Source: an uncultured Verrucomicrobiae bacterium (GTDB lineage Bacteria > Verrucomicrobiota > Verrucomicrobiia > Chthoniobacterales > UBA10450). From it: DNA of 64,000 nucleotides. Numbering within the stretch: position 1 is the first letter of the stretch; each line of letters opens with the position of its first letter. The translations under genes and the position numbers were made by a program. This document shows, in pieces, positions 50,319-60,066 of the stretch. Under the pieces are notes generated by a model. It worked only from the letters and a program-made list of their open reading frames with translations. It was not told the DNA's origin and searched no databases. The stretch is from assembly GCA_963756875.1 (NCBI GenBank), contig CAVWPA010000003.1, positions 1,440,001-1,504,000 on the forward strand, in the 5' to 3' direction.

Positions 50319-50411
50319 GGAATGCCGCGACCTCACTTGGGCCTCCCGACGCTGCACTGCCTCGTTAGACTTGACTGCTTAAAGCAGTCAAGTTCCAGGC
50401 ACGCTGCTTCC
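50319..50411. ncRNA. Candidate structured RNA / strong hairpin between convergent lpdA and MFS genes
   Basis: Near-perfect palindrome ACTTGACTGCTTAAAGCAGTCAAGT (50369-50393), enclosed by TGCCT/AGGCA and an outer GGAATGCCGCG/CGCTGCTTCC pairing; family not recognised. Confidence 0.35.
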
Positions 50412-50440
50412 CTTGAAGATTTGGATCGCGAGCCGCCAAA

Positions 50441-51730
50441 CTACCTCGCGTTTGCTTCGCGGCGTCGGATTGCAAATAGCGTGACGAACCCCGAGACCGC
50501 GCAAACGATCGCGCCAAAACCAAGTGCGAACGGCGTGCCTAGCCAATGCGCAAGTACTCCGGCTTCCAGACTGCCAAGCGGGATCATCGCGCCAAAAACG
50601 AGCGACCAGACACCCATGACGCGGCCGCGCATCTCATCGGGCACTATTGTTTGCAGCACCGTGTTTGAGGTCGAAAAGAACAGAAGCATCCCGAAGCCGG
50701 AGAAGAGAAGAAAAACAAGCGCGAGGTAAAAATTTTGCGTCAATGAAAACGCCAGCAACGCTGCGGAAAACATCCAGACGCCGCCGAGGGCAAGTTTCCG
50801 GGGAGTGAACAGATGCCCGTAGGTGGCCACCACCAGGGCGCCGACAAGCGCGCCGGTCCCACTGGCCGACATCAGGATCCCGTATCCATTTGCGCCCCGC
50901 CCGAGCACGTCGCGCGCAAACGCCGGCATCAGCACGGCGTACGACCAGCCAAAAGCTCCTACCGCGAAAAACAACAGCAAAATCGTGCGGACGCGTTGAT
51001 GCCTTATTGAATACACAATGCCGTTCCATGCATGTTCCCGGGCGGAAACGACCCGGGCCGGCCGCTCGAACGGCGCCAGGCGCATCATCAGCAGGCCGGC
51101 GATCACCGCGACAAAGGTGATGCCGTTCAGGAAAAAACACATCGCCACACCGACCGCCCCGATGATCAGCCCTGCGATCGACGGACCAACGACACGCGCA
51201 CCGTTGACGATCGAACTGTTTAACGAGATGGCGTTCAGCAAATCTTCACGGCTCGCCATCTCGACCGTGAAAGCCTGGCGCGCAGGCATGTCGAAGCCCA
51301 TGGCGATGCCATTGAGCGCCGAGATGACGATGATAAAGAGTGGCGTTGCAAATCCGGCCCATGCGCCGGCAGCCAGCAAAAACGCGAAGAGCATTTGTGC
51401 GCTTTGTGTGGCCAGAAGAATCGATCGTTTCGGGTAAAGATCGGCCAGCGTTCCGCCCCAGATCGAGAACAACATCATCGGCGCGGACCCGACAGCCGCT
51501 ACCGTGCCGAGCAACAGTTTTGAATGTGTAATGTCGTACACGAACCAACTCATCGCGGTCTGTTGCATCCAGGTGCCAGTGAGCGACACCAGTTGTCCCC
51601 AAAAAAAGAGGCGGTAATTCCGATGCCGCAGCGCCCGGAACGTGTGTCGCCATGTCACTCCACCCACCGGCATCCGCCGTGGCCGGCCGCTGATGTCTTC
51701 CGGTACGCGGGCGGTTTCCGTTGTTGGCAT
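50441..51730 (-). CDS. MFS transporter
   Basis: FRALRHRNYRLFF.GQLVSL.GTWMQ, FDMPARQAF, NAISLNS, VPDEMRGRVMG; about 12 TM spans. Confidence 0.93.
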   Translation of the reverse strand: MPTTETARVPEDISGRPRRMPVGGVTWRHTFRALRHRNYRLFFWGQLVSLTGTWMQQTAMSWFVYDITHSKLLLGTVAAVGSAPMMLFSIWGGTLADLYPKRSILLATQSAQMLFAFLLAAGAWAGFATPLFIIVISALNGIAMGFDMPARQAFTVEMASREDLLNAISLNSSIVNGARVVGPSIAGLIIGAVGVAMCFFLNGITFVAVIAGLLMMRLAPFERPARVVSAREHAWNGIVYSIRHQRVRTILLLFFAVGAFGWSYAVLMPAFARDVLGRGANGYGILMSASGTGALVGALVVATYGHLFTPRKLALGGVWMFSAALLAFSLTQNFYLALVFLLFSGFGMLLFFSTSNTVLQTIVPDEMRGRVMGVWSLVFGAMIPLGSLEAGVLAHWLGTPFALGFGAIVCAVSGFVTLFAIRRREANAR

Positions 51731-51874
51731 CGCTTGATAAAGCCCGTCTATGACCGGCGGTCAACGACGGGAACAGCGATCCTGCGCCGGGGAGCGAGGC
51801 AAACCCCCTAACAATTTATGCTTGGCAGCATGTGTCATTTACGGTCAAATGCCGCGACCGGATCGAAAGCAGCC

Positions 51875-52831
51875 ATGCAAATCAAGTTTTTGAAGCTAAA
51901 TGTGCTCTCACAAGGTGCAGCCTTGTGTGGCGTGATTGTGATGCTCGCGACCGGGGCCAGCAATGCGCGCGCAGGACTGTTTGATGTTCCAGCCGGGCCG
52001 GCCGACTGGAACGGACCGTACGTGGGGTTCGATACGGGCGTCGTGTGGGATCATTATGATATCGGAACCTACCGCGGGGCCGTCAATCTTGGAGGACAGT
52101 TTGACCAAATCGTGATCAAGATGCCTTCTCCCGGCGACGGCGCCCAGCAAATCGATCCCCCAATTGCCCCAATCGGTTTCATCTCATTTTTCGCCCCCGG
52201 ACATAGCGACACCGACATGGCGCCCATCGGCGGTTTGCACGTTGGCTACAACAAGCAATTCGGCCACATTGTCGCGGGTTTTGAATTCGGATTTGACGGC
52301 ACCCAAACCAGCAAAGGATCGGAGTTTCGGGATTTTCAAACCAACTTCCTTTTCGACAATCTGTTTCGGTCCGAGACGCGTTTCGATTCCAGCCGGCGTG
52401 CGGAAAGGAACTGGGACGGGTACGTGGGCGGGCAGTTAGGCTATGCCTGGGGGCGTTTCCTTTTTTATGCTTCCGGCGGCTATACCTTTGCGGATGTGGC
52501 TGTCTACTCCTTCGACAGAGCCAGGACCGCTTTCTTTGAGAACCTGTTTACGGATGGACTGCCAATCAACGGCTTTATCGGTCAGGTATCGAGCCGGGAG
52601 TATTCGGTGACCAGCGATATACAAAATGGATGGTTTGCCGGCGGCGGCACCCAGTACGCGCTCAATAATAAGGTGAGCATTGGACTGGAGTACCGGCACT
52701 CGGATTTTGGTGATGAAACCTATCGCTTCAAGCCGATGCATCCGATCTTCTCCGGAGCGACCAATGTCAACCTGAGCAGCGATCAGGTAGAGTTTAAGGT
52801 CGATGTCATGCTTGGCCATTTGGGCCACTGA
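51875..52831 (+). CDS. Outer membrane beta-barrel protein, Omp25/RopB-like, copy 1
   Basis: Signal peptide; DWNGPYVG, GGLHVGYNKQFG, GQLGYAWGRFLFY..GG, GWFAGGG.QYAL, GLEYRHSDFG. Confidence 0.82.
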   Translation: MQIKFLKLNVLSQGAALCGVIVMLATGASNARAGLFDVPAGPADWNGPYVGFDTGVVWDHYDIGTYRGAVNLGGQFDQIVIKMPSPGDGAQQIDPPIAPIGFISFFAPGHSDTDMAPIGGLHVGYNKQFGHIVAGFEFGFDGTQTSKGSEFRDFQTNFLFDNLFRSETRFDSSRRAERNWDGYVGGQLGYAWGRFLFYASGGYTFADVAVYSFDRARTAFFENLFTDGLPINGFIGQVSSREYSVTSDIQNGWFAGGGTQYALNNKVSIGLEYRHSDFGDETYRFKPMHPIFSGATNVNLSSDQVEFKVDVMLGHLGH

Positions 52832-52943
52832 GCGACCGGGCAGGTATTACTGCTGAGGCAGGGAAGGCTCAGCAAGATTATCCTTGGCGGGCCTGCCGTT
52901 TTCCTGTCAAATGCCCTAAGCCTTAACCAAGGAGAAAACAAAG

Positions 52944-53930
52944 ATGCAGATGAAGCTTTTGAAAAAAGAGATGCGCTCGGCGAGCACCGCCGCCCTGTGC
53001 ACAATTGTAATGGCAGTTGCAGGTGCGGCGGGGACCGCGCACGCAGGACTCTTTAACGTTCCGAATGAGCCGGCAGATTGGAACGGGCCCTACATGGGGT
53101 TCAACGCCGGTGTCGTCTGGGACCATTACGATGTCGGAAGATACGGCACAGCCCTCAATCTTGACGGGCAGTTTTCTCAAGTCGCTGACGGGACGCTTGA
53201 TGGGAAAACCCCTGATGTGGACGGCATGATCCAAATTATCACTCTATTCGGTTCCACCTCCTTTCTTACTGACGGACACAGCGACACCGACGTCGCGCCG
53301 ATTGGCGGCGTACACTTCGGTTACAACAAACAATTTGGCCATTTTGTCGCGGGCTTCGAATTCGGGTTTGAAGGCACCCAAACCAGCAAGGGATCGGAGT
53401 CCCGAAGTTTTCAAACAAACTTTCCCCAGCTGCATATGGATCAATTCCTGGATTTTGAAGCCGATACACGCTTCGATTCCAGCCGGCGGGCGGAGCGGAA
53501 CTGGGATGGTTGGTTGGGTGGACAATTGGGATACGCCTGGGGGCGTTTCCTCTTTTACGGCACCGGCGGCTACACCTTTGCCGATGTTGCCGTGTACTCC
53601 TTCGACAGAGCCAGGACGGCGTTCTTTGAATTCGCAGACGGGGACGGCGGCGGGGACCAGCCAATCGGCGGTTTCATCGGTCAGGTGTCAACTCGTCAAT
53701 ACACAAACACCAGCGACATCATGAATGGATGGTTTGCCGGTGGCGGCACGCAGTACGCGCTCAACGACAAGGTGGCTATCGGGCTGGAGTACCGGCATTC
53801 GGATTTTGGCGATGAAACTTTCCGGTTCAAACCGATGCATCCGATTTTCCCCGGAGCGACCAATGTCAACCTGAGCAGCGACCAGGTGGAATTTACGGTC
53901 AACGTCATGCTTGGCCATTTGGGCCACTGA
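52944..53930 (+). CDS. Outer membrane beta-barrel protein, copy 2
   Basis: Same framework as copy 1; AAGGAG RBS. Confidence 0.82.
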   Translation: MQMKLLKKEMRSASTAALCTIVMAVAGAAGTAHAGLFNVPNEPADWNGPYMGFNAGVVWDHYDVGRYGTALNLDGQFSQVADGTLDGKTPDVDGMIQIITLFGSTSFLTDGHSDTDVAPIGGVHFGYNKQFGHFVAGFEFGFEGTQTSKGSESRSFQTNFPQLHMDQFLDFEADTRFDSSRRAERNWDGWLGGQLGYAWGRFLFYGTGGYTFADVAVYSFDRARTAFFEFADGDGGGDQPIGGFIGQVSTRQYTNTSDIMNGWFAGGGTQYALNDKVAIGLEYRHSDFGDETFRFKPMHPIFPGATNVNLSSDQVEFTVNVMLGHLGH

Positions 53931-54041
53931 GCGGCGACCGGGTCGGGGCTGGACCGGCTGAGGCAGGACAAGGCCTTGCAAATTTCGCTTGGCAGGGCTC
54001 CCGGTTTCCTGTCAAATGCCCTAACCAAGGAGAAAACAAGC

Positions 54042-55001
54042 ATGAATATGAAGCTTTTAAGGAGCGCCGCCCTGTGCGCAATTGCAATGGCACTTGCAGG
54101 CGTGGCGGGGACCGCGCGCGCAGGACTGTTCAATGTTCCGACCGAACCGGCCGACTGGAACGGGATTTACATGGGGTTCAATGCGGGCGTCGTCTGGGAC
54201 CACTACGACGTTGGACCGTACCGCACAGCCCTCAATCTCGACCAACAGTTTTTCCAGATCATTGCCATGGAGGCTGTTGACAACAAGCCTGCCTTGGACC
54301 CCCCTATCCGAAAAGGTCTGTTCGGTTCCACCTCGTTTTCTGCTGATGGACATAGCGACACCGACGTCGCGCCGATCGGCGGTTTGCATGTTGGCTACAA
54401 GAAACAATTTGGCCATTTTGTGGCGGGCCTTGAATTTGGCTTCGAGGGCACTCAAACCAGCAAGGGATCGGAGTCCCGAAGTTTTCAAACAAACTTTCCC
54501 GTTGTTTTAGGGGACGAGCCCATCGGTCTCGAGGCCGAGACGCATTTTGATTCCAGCCGGCGGGCGGAGCGGAACTGGGATGGTTGGTTGGGCGGACAAT
54601 TGGGATACGCCTGGGGGCGTTTCCTCTTTTACGGTACCGGCGGTTACACCTTTGCCGATGTTGCCGTGTACTCCTTCGACAGAGCCAGGACCGGTTTCTT
54701 TGAATCCGGATTCGACGGGAACGGCGACCAGCCGATCGGCAGTTTCATTGGTCAGGTGTCAACTCGTCAATACTCAAACACCAGCGACATCATGAATGGA
54801 TGGTTTGCCGGTGGCGGCACGCAGTACGCGCTCAACGACAAGGTGGCTATCGGGCTGGAGTACCGGCATTCGGATTTTGGCGATGAAACTTTCCGGTTCA
54901 AACCGACGCACCCGATTTTCCCCGGGGCGACCAATGTCAACCTGAGCAGCGACCAGGTGGAATTCACGGTCAATATCATGCTCGGGCACCTGGGCCACTA
55001 A
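54042..55001 (+). CDS. Outer membrane beta-barrel protein, copy 3
   Basis: Same framework; AAGGAG RBS before MNMKLL. Confidence 0.82.
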   Translation: MNMKLLRSAALCAIAMALAGVAGTARAGLFNVPTEPADWNGIYMGFNAGVVWDHYDVGPYRTALNLDQQFFQIIAMEAVDNKPALDPPIRKGLFGSTSFSADGHSDTDVAPIGGLHVGYKKQFGHFVAGLEFGFEGTQTSKGSESRSFQTNFPVVLGDEPIGLEAETHFDSSRRAERNWDGWLGGQLGYAWGRFLFYGTGGYTFADVAVYSFDRARTGFFESGFDGNGDQPIGSFIGQVSTRQYSNTSDIMNGWFAGGGTQYALNDKVAIGLEYRHSDFGDETFRFKPTHPIFPGATNVNLSSDQVEFTVNIMLGHLGH

Positions 55002-55130
55002 GCTTCGCCCGTGATGGCGGTTAGGCCCCCCTGGGAGGCCCCCTAAAATTTACGAAAAGTTTTTCTTGGCAAAGGTCGGGTTTTCTGGCAAATGCTTGAT
55101 CCCAAGGAGAAACACCCAAGGAGAAACAAT

Positions 55131-56073
55131 ATGCAAATTACATTTTTAAAGAAAAGCGTGCACATGGCCAGCATGGCATTGTGCGGAATGACTGTGGCGT
55201 TCATTGGTGCAGCAACCAGTGCGCAAGGAGGACTGTTTAACGTTCCGGCCGAGCCGGCCGATTGGAACGGGCCGTACTTCGGATTCAACGCGGGCGTCGT
55301 GTTGGATCATTATGATATAGGAGACTACTGGGGGCGCGTAAAACTCGGAGCGCAACTCAATAACGCCCTGATGCTCGACCCATACGTCGACGACGGTGCC
55401 GAAACGGCTGACCCGTTTCTCGCCTATTTTTATTCCTGGGGCCATAGCGATACGGACATGGCGCCAATCGGAGGCATCCACTTCGGCTATAACAAACAGT
55501 GGGGCCATTTTGTTGGAGGCTTTGAACTTGGTTTCGAGGGCACTCAAACCAGTAAAAGCGCCGTGTCTCGGAGCTTTCAAACCAACGTCCTTACCGACTC
55601 TGACGAGAGTGATGTTGAAGCTAGCACGCGTTTCGATTCCTACCGACGGGCGGAACGGAACTGGGATGGTTGGTTGGGCGGACAGCTGGGGTACGCCTGG
55701 GGGCGTTTCCTTTTTTACGCCAATGGCGGCTACACCTTTGCCGATGTTTCCATGTACCTCGTACGACCAGGCCCGGACCCTTTTCATCGATGATCCGGGC
55801 GATGGTGAGCCAGAATTTACGCGGCACGCGAACACCAAGGAGTATTCGGTGGGCAACGACATCATGGAGGGCTGGTATGCCGGCGGCGGCACCAAGTTTG
55901 CGCTGAATAACAAGGTGGCCATTGGGATACAGTACCGGCATTCGGACTTTGGCGATGAAGTTTTCCGATTCAAACCGACGTTTCCGATTATGCCGGGTGC
56001 GACCAGGGTTGATCTGACCAGCGACCAGGTGGAGTTCACGGTCGACATCATGCTCGGCCATTTGGGAAACTGA
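55131..56073 (+). CDS. Outer membrane beta-barrel protein, copy 4 (+1 frameshift near 55758)
   Basis: N-terminal part in ORF 55092..55793, C-terminal part in 55396..56073. Deleting one C in ATGTACCTCGTAC restores MYSYDQART. Confidence 0.78.
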
Positions 56074-56163
56074 TCGGTTCACAGTCCGTTGCTGGTCCTT
56101 TGCCAGCGTCACGGGTCTGGCACGGCAGGCGAATTCTTGCGTCTGCCGTGCTAGATTACCGGG

Positions 56164-56745
56164 ATGGACAGCACGGCCGCGATCCTGTTGCGCAAGCGGA
56201 AATTCAGTGACACCAGCCTGATCATCTCCTGGTGCACGGAAACGCGCGGTTGCATTCACACCATGGCCAAAGGGGCCCGGCGCGCCAAGAGCCCATTCGC
56301 AGGGAAACTGGATTTGTTTTTTGAAGCCGAGATCTCACTAATTCCAAGTCGAAAATCGGACCTGCATACGCTGACCGAAGTTGCACTGAGGAATACGTTT
56401 TCCGGAATTCGTCAGAACTACCGGCGCACGGAAGTTGCCGCTTATTTTGTCGAACTGGTGGAGATTTGCACGGAACGCGACCATGCCGAGCCGGAGCTCT
56501 TTGCGCTGTTGCGGCGCGCTTTCGGATATCTCGATGCCAACGATCCAAATCTGCGGGCGATCTCGCACTTTGAAACCGAGTTGGCGCGTATTGCCGGGGT
56601 GCATGATGCCCGGAGACTGAAGGGCGACCCGGCTTTTGCGCTTGGAAATTTGTTTGGGAGACTGCCATTGTCGCGGACGCCGCTTTTGAAGACGCTTGCG
56701 TCGGCGCGGTCGATAGACCAGGAGTCCGTTGGGCCAAATACGTAA
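56164..56745 (+). CDS. recO: DNA repair protein RecO (short form)
   Basis: AILLRKRKFSDTSLII, AKGARR.KS.FAG.LDLF, AAYFVELV, FET.L. Confidence 0.85.
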   Translation: MDSTAAILLRKRKFSDTSLIISWCTETRGCIHTMAKGARRAKSPFAGKLDLFFEAEISLIPSRKSDLHTLTEVALRNTFSGIRQNYRRTEVAAYFVELVEICTERDHAEPELFALLRRAFGYLDANDPNLRAISHFETELARIAGVHDARRLKGDPAFALGNLFGRLPLSRTPLLKTLASARSIDQESVGPNT

Positions 56746-56797
56746 ACTCACCGGCTCAACGGGAATGCGGCTCCGCCAAATACGAAAGGAATACGGA

Positions 56798-57391
56798 ATG
56801 AAATTATTGGTGCGGTTTACTTCTCTCGCTTTGGCTTTGGCAGCACTCAGTCCGGCCGCGTTCGCAAATGACACTTACAAATTCAATCAAACCGGCTCGA
56901 CCATTGCTTTTCGAGTTCACCAGTTTCTTGGAACCGCGCGCGGCAAATTCACACGTTTCGAAGGCAGAATCGATATCGATCGCGACCATATCGAGCGCTC
57001 CTCGGTCTGGGTGAGAATCGACGCGAGCAGCATCGACACCGGAATTGCCACGCGCGACAAACATTTGCGGGGCCCGGAGTTTTTTAATGTCGCAAAATTC
57101 CCTGCAATCACCTTCAAAAGCCGCGGCGTGAAGCAAACCGGCGGGGAGAGTGCCGATATCGTGGGTGATCTGACCATGCATGGGACGACCCGGCCCATTA
57201 CACTGCATGTGAAGTTAATCAGTCCGCTGGCGCAACAAATGTCGATGTCCCAGATGCGCTGGCAGGTTACAGCCGACCCAATCAAGCGCGGCAACTTTGG
57301 ACTGGTGTGGAGTCCGAGCGTGGAAGCAATCTCGATGATCAGCCAGGACGTTTCTTCCAGGATCGAGATCGAGGCGAAGCATGCTGAATAA
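56798..57391 (+). CDS. YceI-family protein
   Basis: Signal peptide; S.I.FRV, G.F..F.G, IDASSIDTG...RDKHLR..EFF.V.KFP.ITFKS, GDLTMHG.T.P. Confidence 0.9.
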   Translation: MKLLVRFTSLALALAALSPAAFANDTYKFNQTGSTIAFRVHQFLGTARGKFTRFEGRIDIDRDHIERSSVWVRIDASSIDTGIATRDKHLRGPEFFNVAKFPAITFKSRGVKQTGGESADIVGDLTMHGTTRPITLHVKLISPLAQQMSMSQMRWQVTADPIKRGNFGLVWSPSVEAISMISQDVSSRIEIEAKHAE

Positions 57392-57592
57392 GCCTTCCGG
57401 CTGGGGCGCGTGGTCCTTTGCTGGACCCTGGCGCGCCGAAAAACATCGAGACCACACTCAGCATGGGCGTAACGGGCGATAATCGCACTCGAGCGATGCG
57501 GTCGGCATAAAGACTTCGTCGGATGTTTCTCGCTGAACGAGTTTAAAATACAAAATTAGAGATTAAGAATCCAGAACGCCCAAACCGTCGCC

Positions 57593-58315
57593 ATGGAGAC
57601 ACCGATTACCATCGTGCCCCTGGGAGATTCTGCGCTCATCGTTCGTGTTTGCGAAGGCTTTGCAGACGCGCCCGATAAAACACTCAGCGCTGTCCTGAAG
57701 GCGCAGCGTCGGCTGGAAAAAGCGGGCTTGCCGGGCCTTATAGAAACCGCGGCGGGCTACACGACCGTCGCGCTCTTTTTCGACCCGCTACGTCTCCTGG
57801 ATGCCAGAGCGGAACCGGAAACGGTATTCGACTGGCTGGCGGATCGTGTGCGTGAAGCGTTGGCGGATCGCAGGGTGCGCACTTTTGCGGGCAAGGTTCG
57901 TCGAATCGAAATCCCGGTCTGCTATGACCGTGAATTTGCGCCGGATCTGGATGAAGTCGCACGACATGCGGGGCTCACAGTGCAAAGAGTTATCGATCTT
58001 CACTCTGGCGCTGAATATCGCGTCCACTGTCTCGGATTCACGCCTGGATTTCCATACCTGAGCGGATTGCCCGGCGAACTCGCGACGCCGCGCCGCATCA
58101 TGCCGCAAAAGGAAGTCGCCGCCGGCTCGGTTGCGATCGGCGGAACTCAAACCGGCATTTATCCGGTGAAATCTCCGGGCGGTTGGAATGTGATCGGTCG
58201 TACGCCGTTGCTTTTGTTCGATGCACAAAAAGACCAGCCAGCGCTGTTATTCGCAGGAGATCGGGTTCGTTTTCGCGCGATCACACGCGAGGAGTTTGAA
58301 ACGATGAAAGGTTGA
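57593..58315 (+). CDS. pxpB: 5-oxoprolinase subunit PxpB
   Basis: PLGDSAL, IEIPVCY, PDLDEVA, GFTPGFPYL, GSVAIGGTQTGIYP..SPGGWNVIGRTP. Confidence 0.92.
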   Translation: METPITIVPLGDSALIVRVCEGFADAPDKTLSAVLKAQRRLEKAGLPGLIETAAGYTTVALFFDPLRLLDARAEPETVFDWLADRVREALADRRVRTFAGKVRRIEIPVCYDREFAPDLDEVARHAGLTVQRVIDLHSGAEYRVHCLGFTPGFPYLSGLPGELATPRRIMPQKEVAAGSVAIGGTQTGIYPVKSPGGWNVIGRTPLLLFDAQKDQPALLFAGDRVRFRAITREEFETMKG

Positions 58316-58327
58316 GTCGTTGAAGCG

Positions 58328-59314
58328 ATGCACATGATTGTTACCCAGGCCGGTCTTTTGAGTAGCGTTCAGGATCTGGGTCGCGCCGGTTGGCGCAAAT
58401 TCGGCGTCTCTCCTGGCGGCGCGCTCGATTCGCACGCGGCCCGCGTGGCGAACCTGCTCGTTGGCAATGCCGAGTCGGAAGCGGTGCTCGAAGTCACGTT
58501 CGGCGGGGTGCATTTGCAATTCACCGACAAACGAATTGTAGCGTGGTGCGGCGGCAGGTTTGATGTTCGTATGGGATCGATACCGCTTCCCGCCGGTCGC
58601 GCAGCGCTGGTTTACCAGGACGAAGAAATGAGAATTGATCGGCCCCAAATCGGTTGTCGTGCCTGGATCGCGATTTCTGGCGGAATCGACGTCGCGCAGG
58701 TGCTGAAGAGTCGCTCCACCGATCTGCGCGCGAGTTTTGGCGGATTTAACGGTCGCGCGTTGCGAGACGGCGACAAAATTCCGCTCGGTAAGAATCCCCG
58801 AAATGCAGAGATTCTGGCCGACGAACTGTGCATGGAAAAAATCGCGTCGTGGTGTTCTCCCCACAACTGGTCGAGTCCGGCGCAAACTGAGCCGGTTTTG
58901 CGCTTCATTCGAGGCGCGGATTGGACCCGGTTCGACGATGTAACGATTCAACGTTTTACTAGGGGGCCGTTCTCGGTTTCGCCGGATTCCAACCGTATGG
59001 GCGTGCGACTCGACGGTCCGGAACTAAGACGAAGTGATGTTGGCGATCTCGTCTCCGAGGCGGTCGCACCAGGGACCATCCAGGTGCCACCGAGCGGTCA
59101 GCCGATTCTTTTGCTTGGAGATTGCCAAACCATCGGCGGTTATCCAAAGATCGCCCACGTGATCACAGTCGACCTCCCGATTGCCGCACAGTTGAGCGCT
59201 GGCGGCCGGGTTCGGTATCGCGAAGTTGCCCTTGCGGACGCCTATGGCCTTTTGCTCGAACGCGAAAGGGACCTCGAACAATTCCGGTGCGGACTCAAAC
59301 TGCATTCCCCATGA
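58328..59314 (+). CDS. pxpC: 5-oxoprolinase subunit PxpC (biotin-dependent carboxyltransferase family)
   Basis: SSVQDLGR, GALD, ANLLVGN, SNRMG.RL, GTIQVPPSGQPI, QTIGGYPKI. Confidence 0.92.
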   Translation: MHMIVTQAGLLSSVQDLGRAGWRKFGVSPGGALDSHAARVANLLVGNAESEAVLEVTFGGVHLQFTDKRIVAWCGGRFDVRMGSIPLPAGRAALVYQDEEMRIDRPQIGCRAWIAISGGIDVAQVLKSRSTDLRASFGGFNGRALRDGDKIPLGKNPRNAEILADELCMEKIASWCSPHNWSSPAQTEPVLRFIRGADWTRFDDVTIQRFTRGPFSVSPDSNRMGVRLDGPELRRSDVGDLVSEAVAPGTIQVPPSGQPILLLGDCQTIGGYPKIAHVITVDLPIAAQLSAGGRVRYREVALADAYGLLLERERDLEQFRCGLKLHSP

Positions 59315-60066
59315 GCCTGGTCGTGGATCTGAACTCGGATCTTGGCGAAGGCGCCGGACACGACAACGAACTGCTGGAGCTCGTAACATCTGCCAACATC
59401 ACCTGCGGTTTTCACGTGGGCGATCCGGTATCGATTCTTCGATCGATCCGCGATGCGAAGGAGCGCAATACTGCGGTAGGAGCGCATCCCAGTTTCGCGG
59501 ACCGGGAGAATTTCGGACGAACCGAGCTTGCGCTAAAGCCGGCCGAAATTTTTTCGCAAATAACCTATCAGCTTGGCGCCTTCGCGGCGCTGGCAAGCGC
59601 GGCCGGCACCCGTATGAATCACGTTAAGCCACATGGCGCTCTTTATAATATGGCCGCGCGCGACAAACAGATCGCCGACGCGGTCGTGAGCGCGATGCTG
59701 GTTGTCGATCCCTATTTGATCTTGTTCGCGCCACCCAACAGCGCGCTCGAGAGGGCAGGGGAAGCGGAGAAATTTCGGGTCGTCAGGGAAGTTTTCGCGG
59801 ATCGAAATTATATGGCTGATGGCTTGCTTGTTCCGCGTGCCCGGGCTGACGCTTTACTGCGCGATCCGGAAGCTGCGGCCAGGCGCATCCTGCGCATGCT
59901 GCGAGAGGGCAAGGTGCAATCGGTCGAAGGCCGTGACGTCGATGTCCATGCGGAAACCATCTGCGTGCACGGCGACACGCCCGGAGCGGTCGATTTTGCA
60001 CGCGCTTTGCGCTCGGAATTGGAATATAACGGCGTGGAGATCCGCGCGCCGGAAAGCTCGTTATGA
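59311..60066 (+). CDS. pxpA: 5-oxoprolinase subunit PxpA (LamB/YcsF)
   Basis: DLNSDLGE, SANITCGFH, GAHPSF.D...FGR, HVKPHGALYN, EVFADRNY, TICVHGD. Confidence 0.94.
   Translation: MSLVVDLNSDLGEGAGHDNELLELVTSANITCGFHVGDPVSILRSIRDAKERNTAVGAHPSFADRENFGRTELALKPAEIFSQITYQLGAFAALASAAGTRMNHVKPHGALYNMAARDKQIADAVVSAMLVVDPYLILFAPPNSALERAGEAEKFRVVREVFADRNYMADGLLVPRARADALLRDPEAAARRILRMLREGKVQSVEGRDVDVHAETICVHGDTPGAVDFARALRSELEYNGVEIRAPESSL

Noticed and set aside
50319..50411. tRNA-Sec or SRP RNA
   Set aside because: No TTCGA T-loop or TCA anticodon loop, and no SRP-type CAGG...GGAA...AGCAG helix.
51875..56073. Diversity-generating retroelement or invertase shufflon acting on the OMP array
   Set aside because: No reverse transcriptase or site-specific recombinase nearby; all copies are co-oriented; variation is by indels and whole-loop differences, not adenine-specific substitution.
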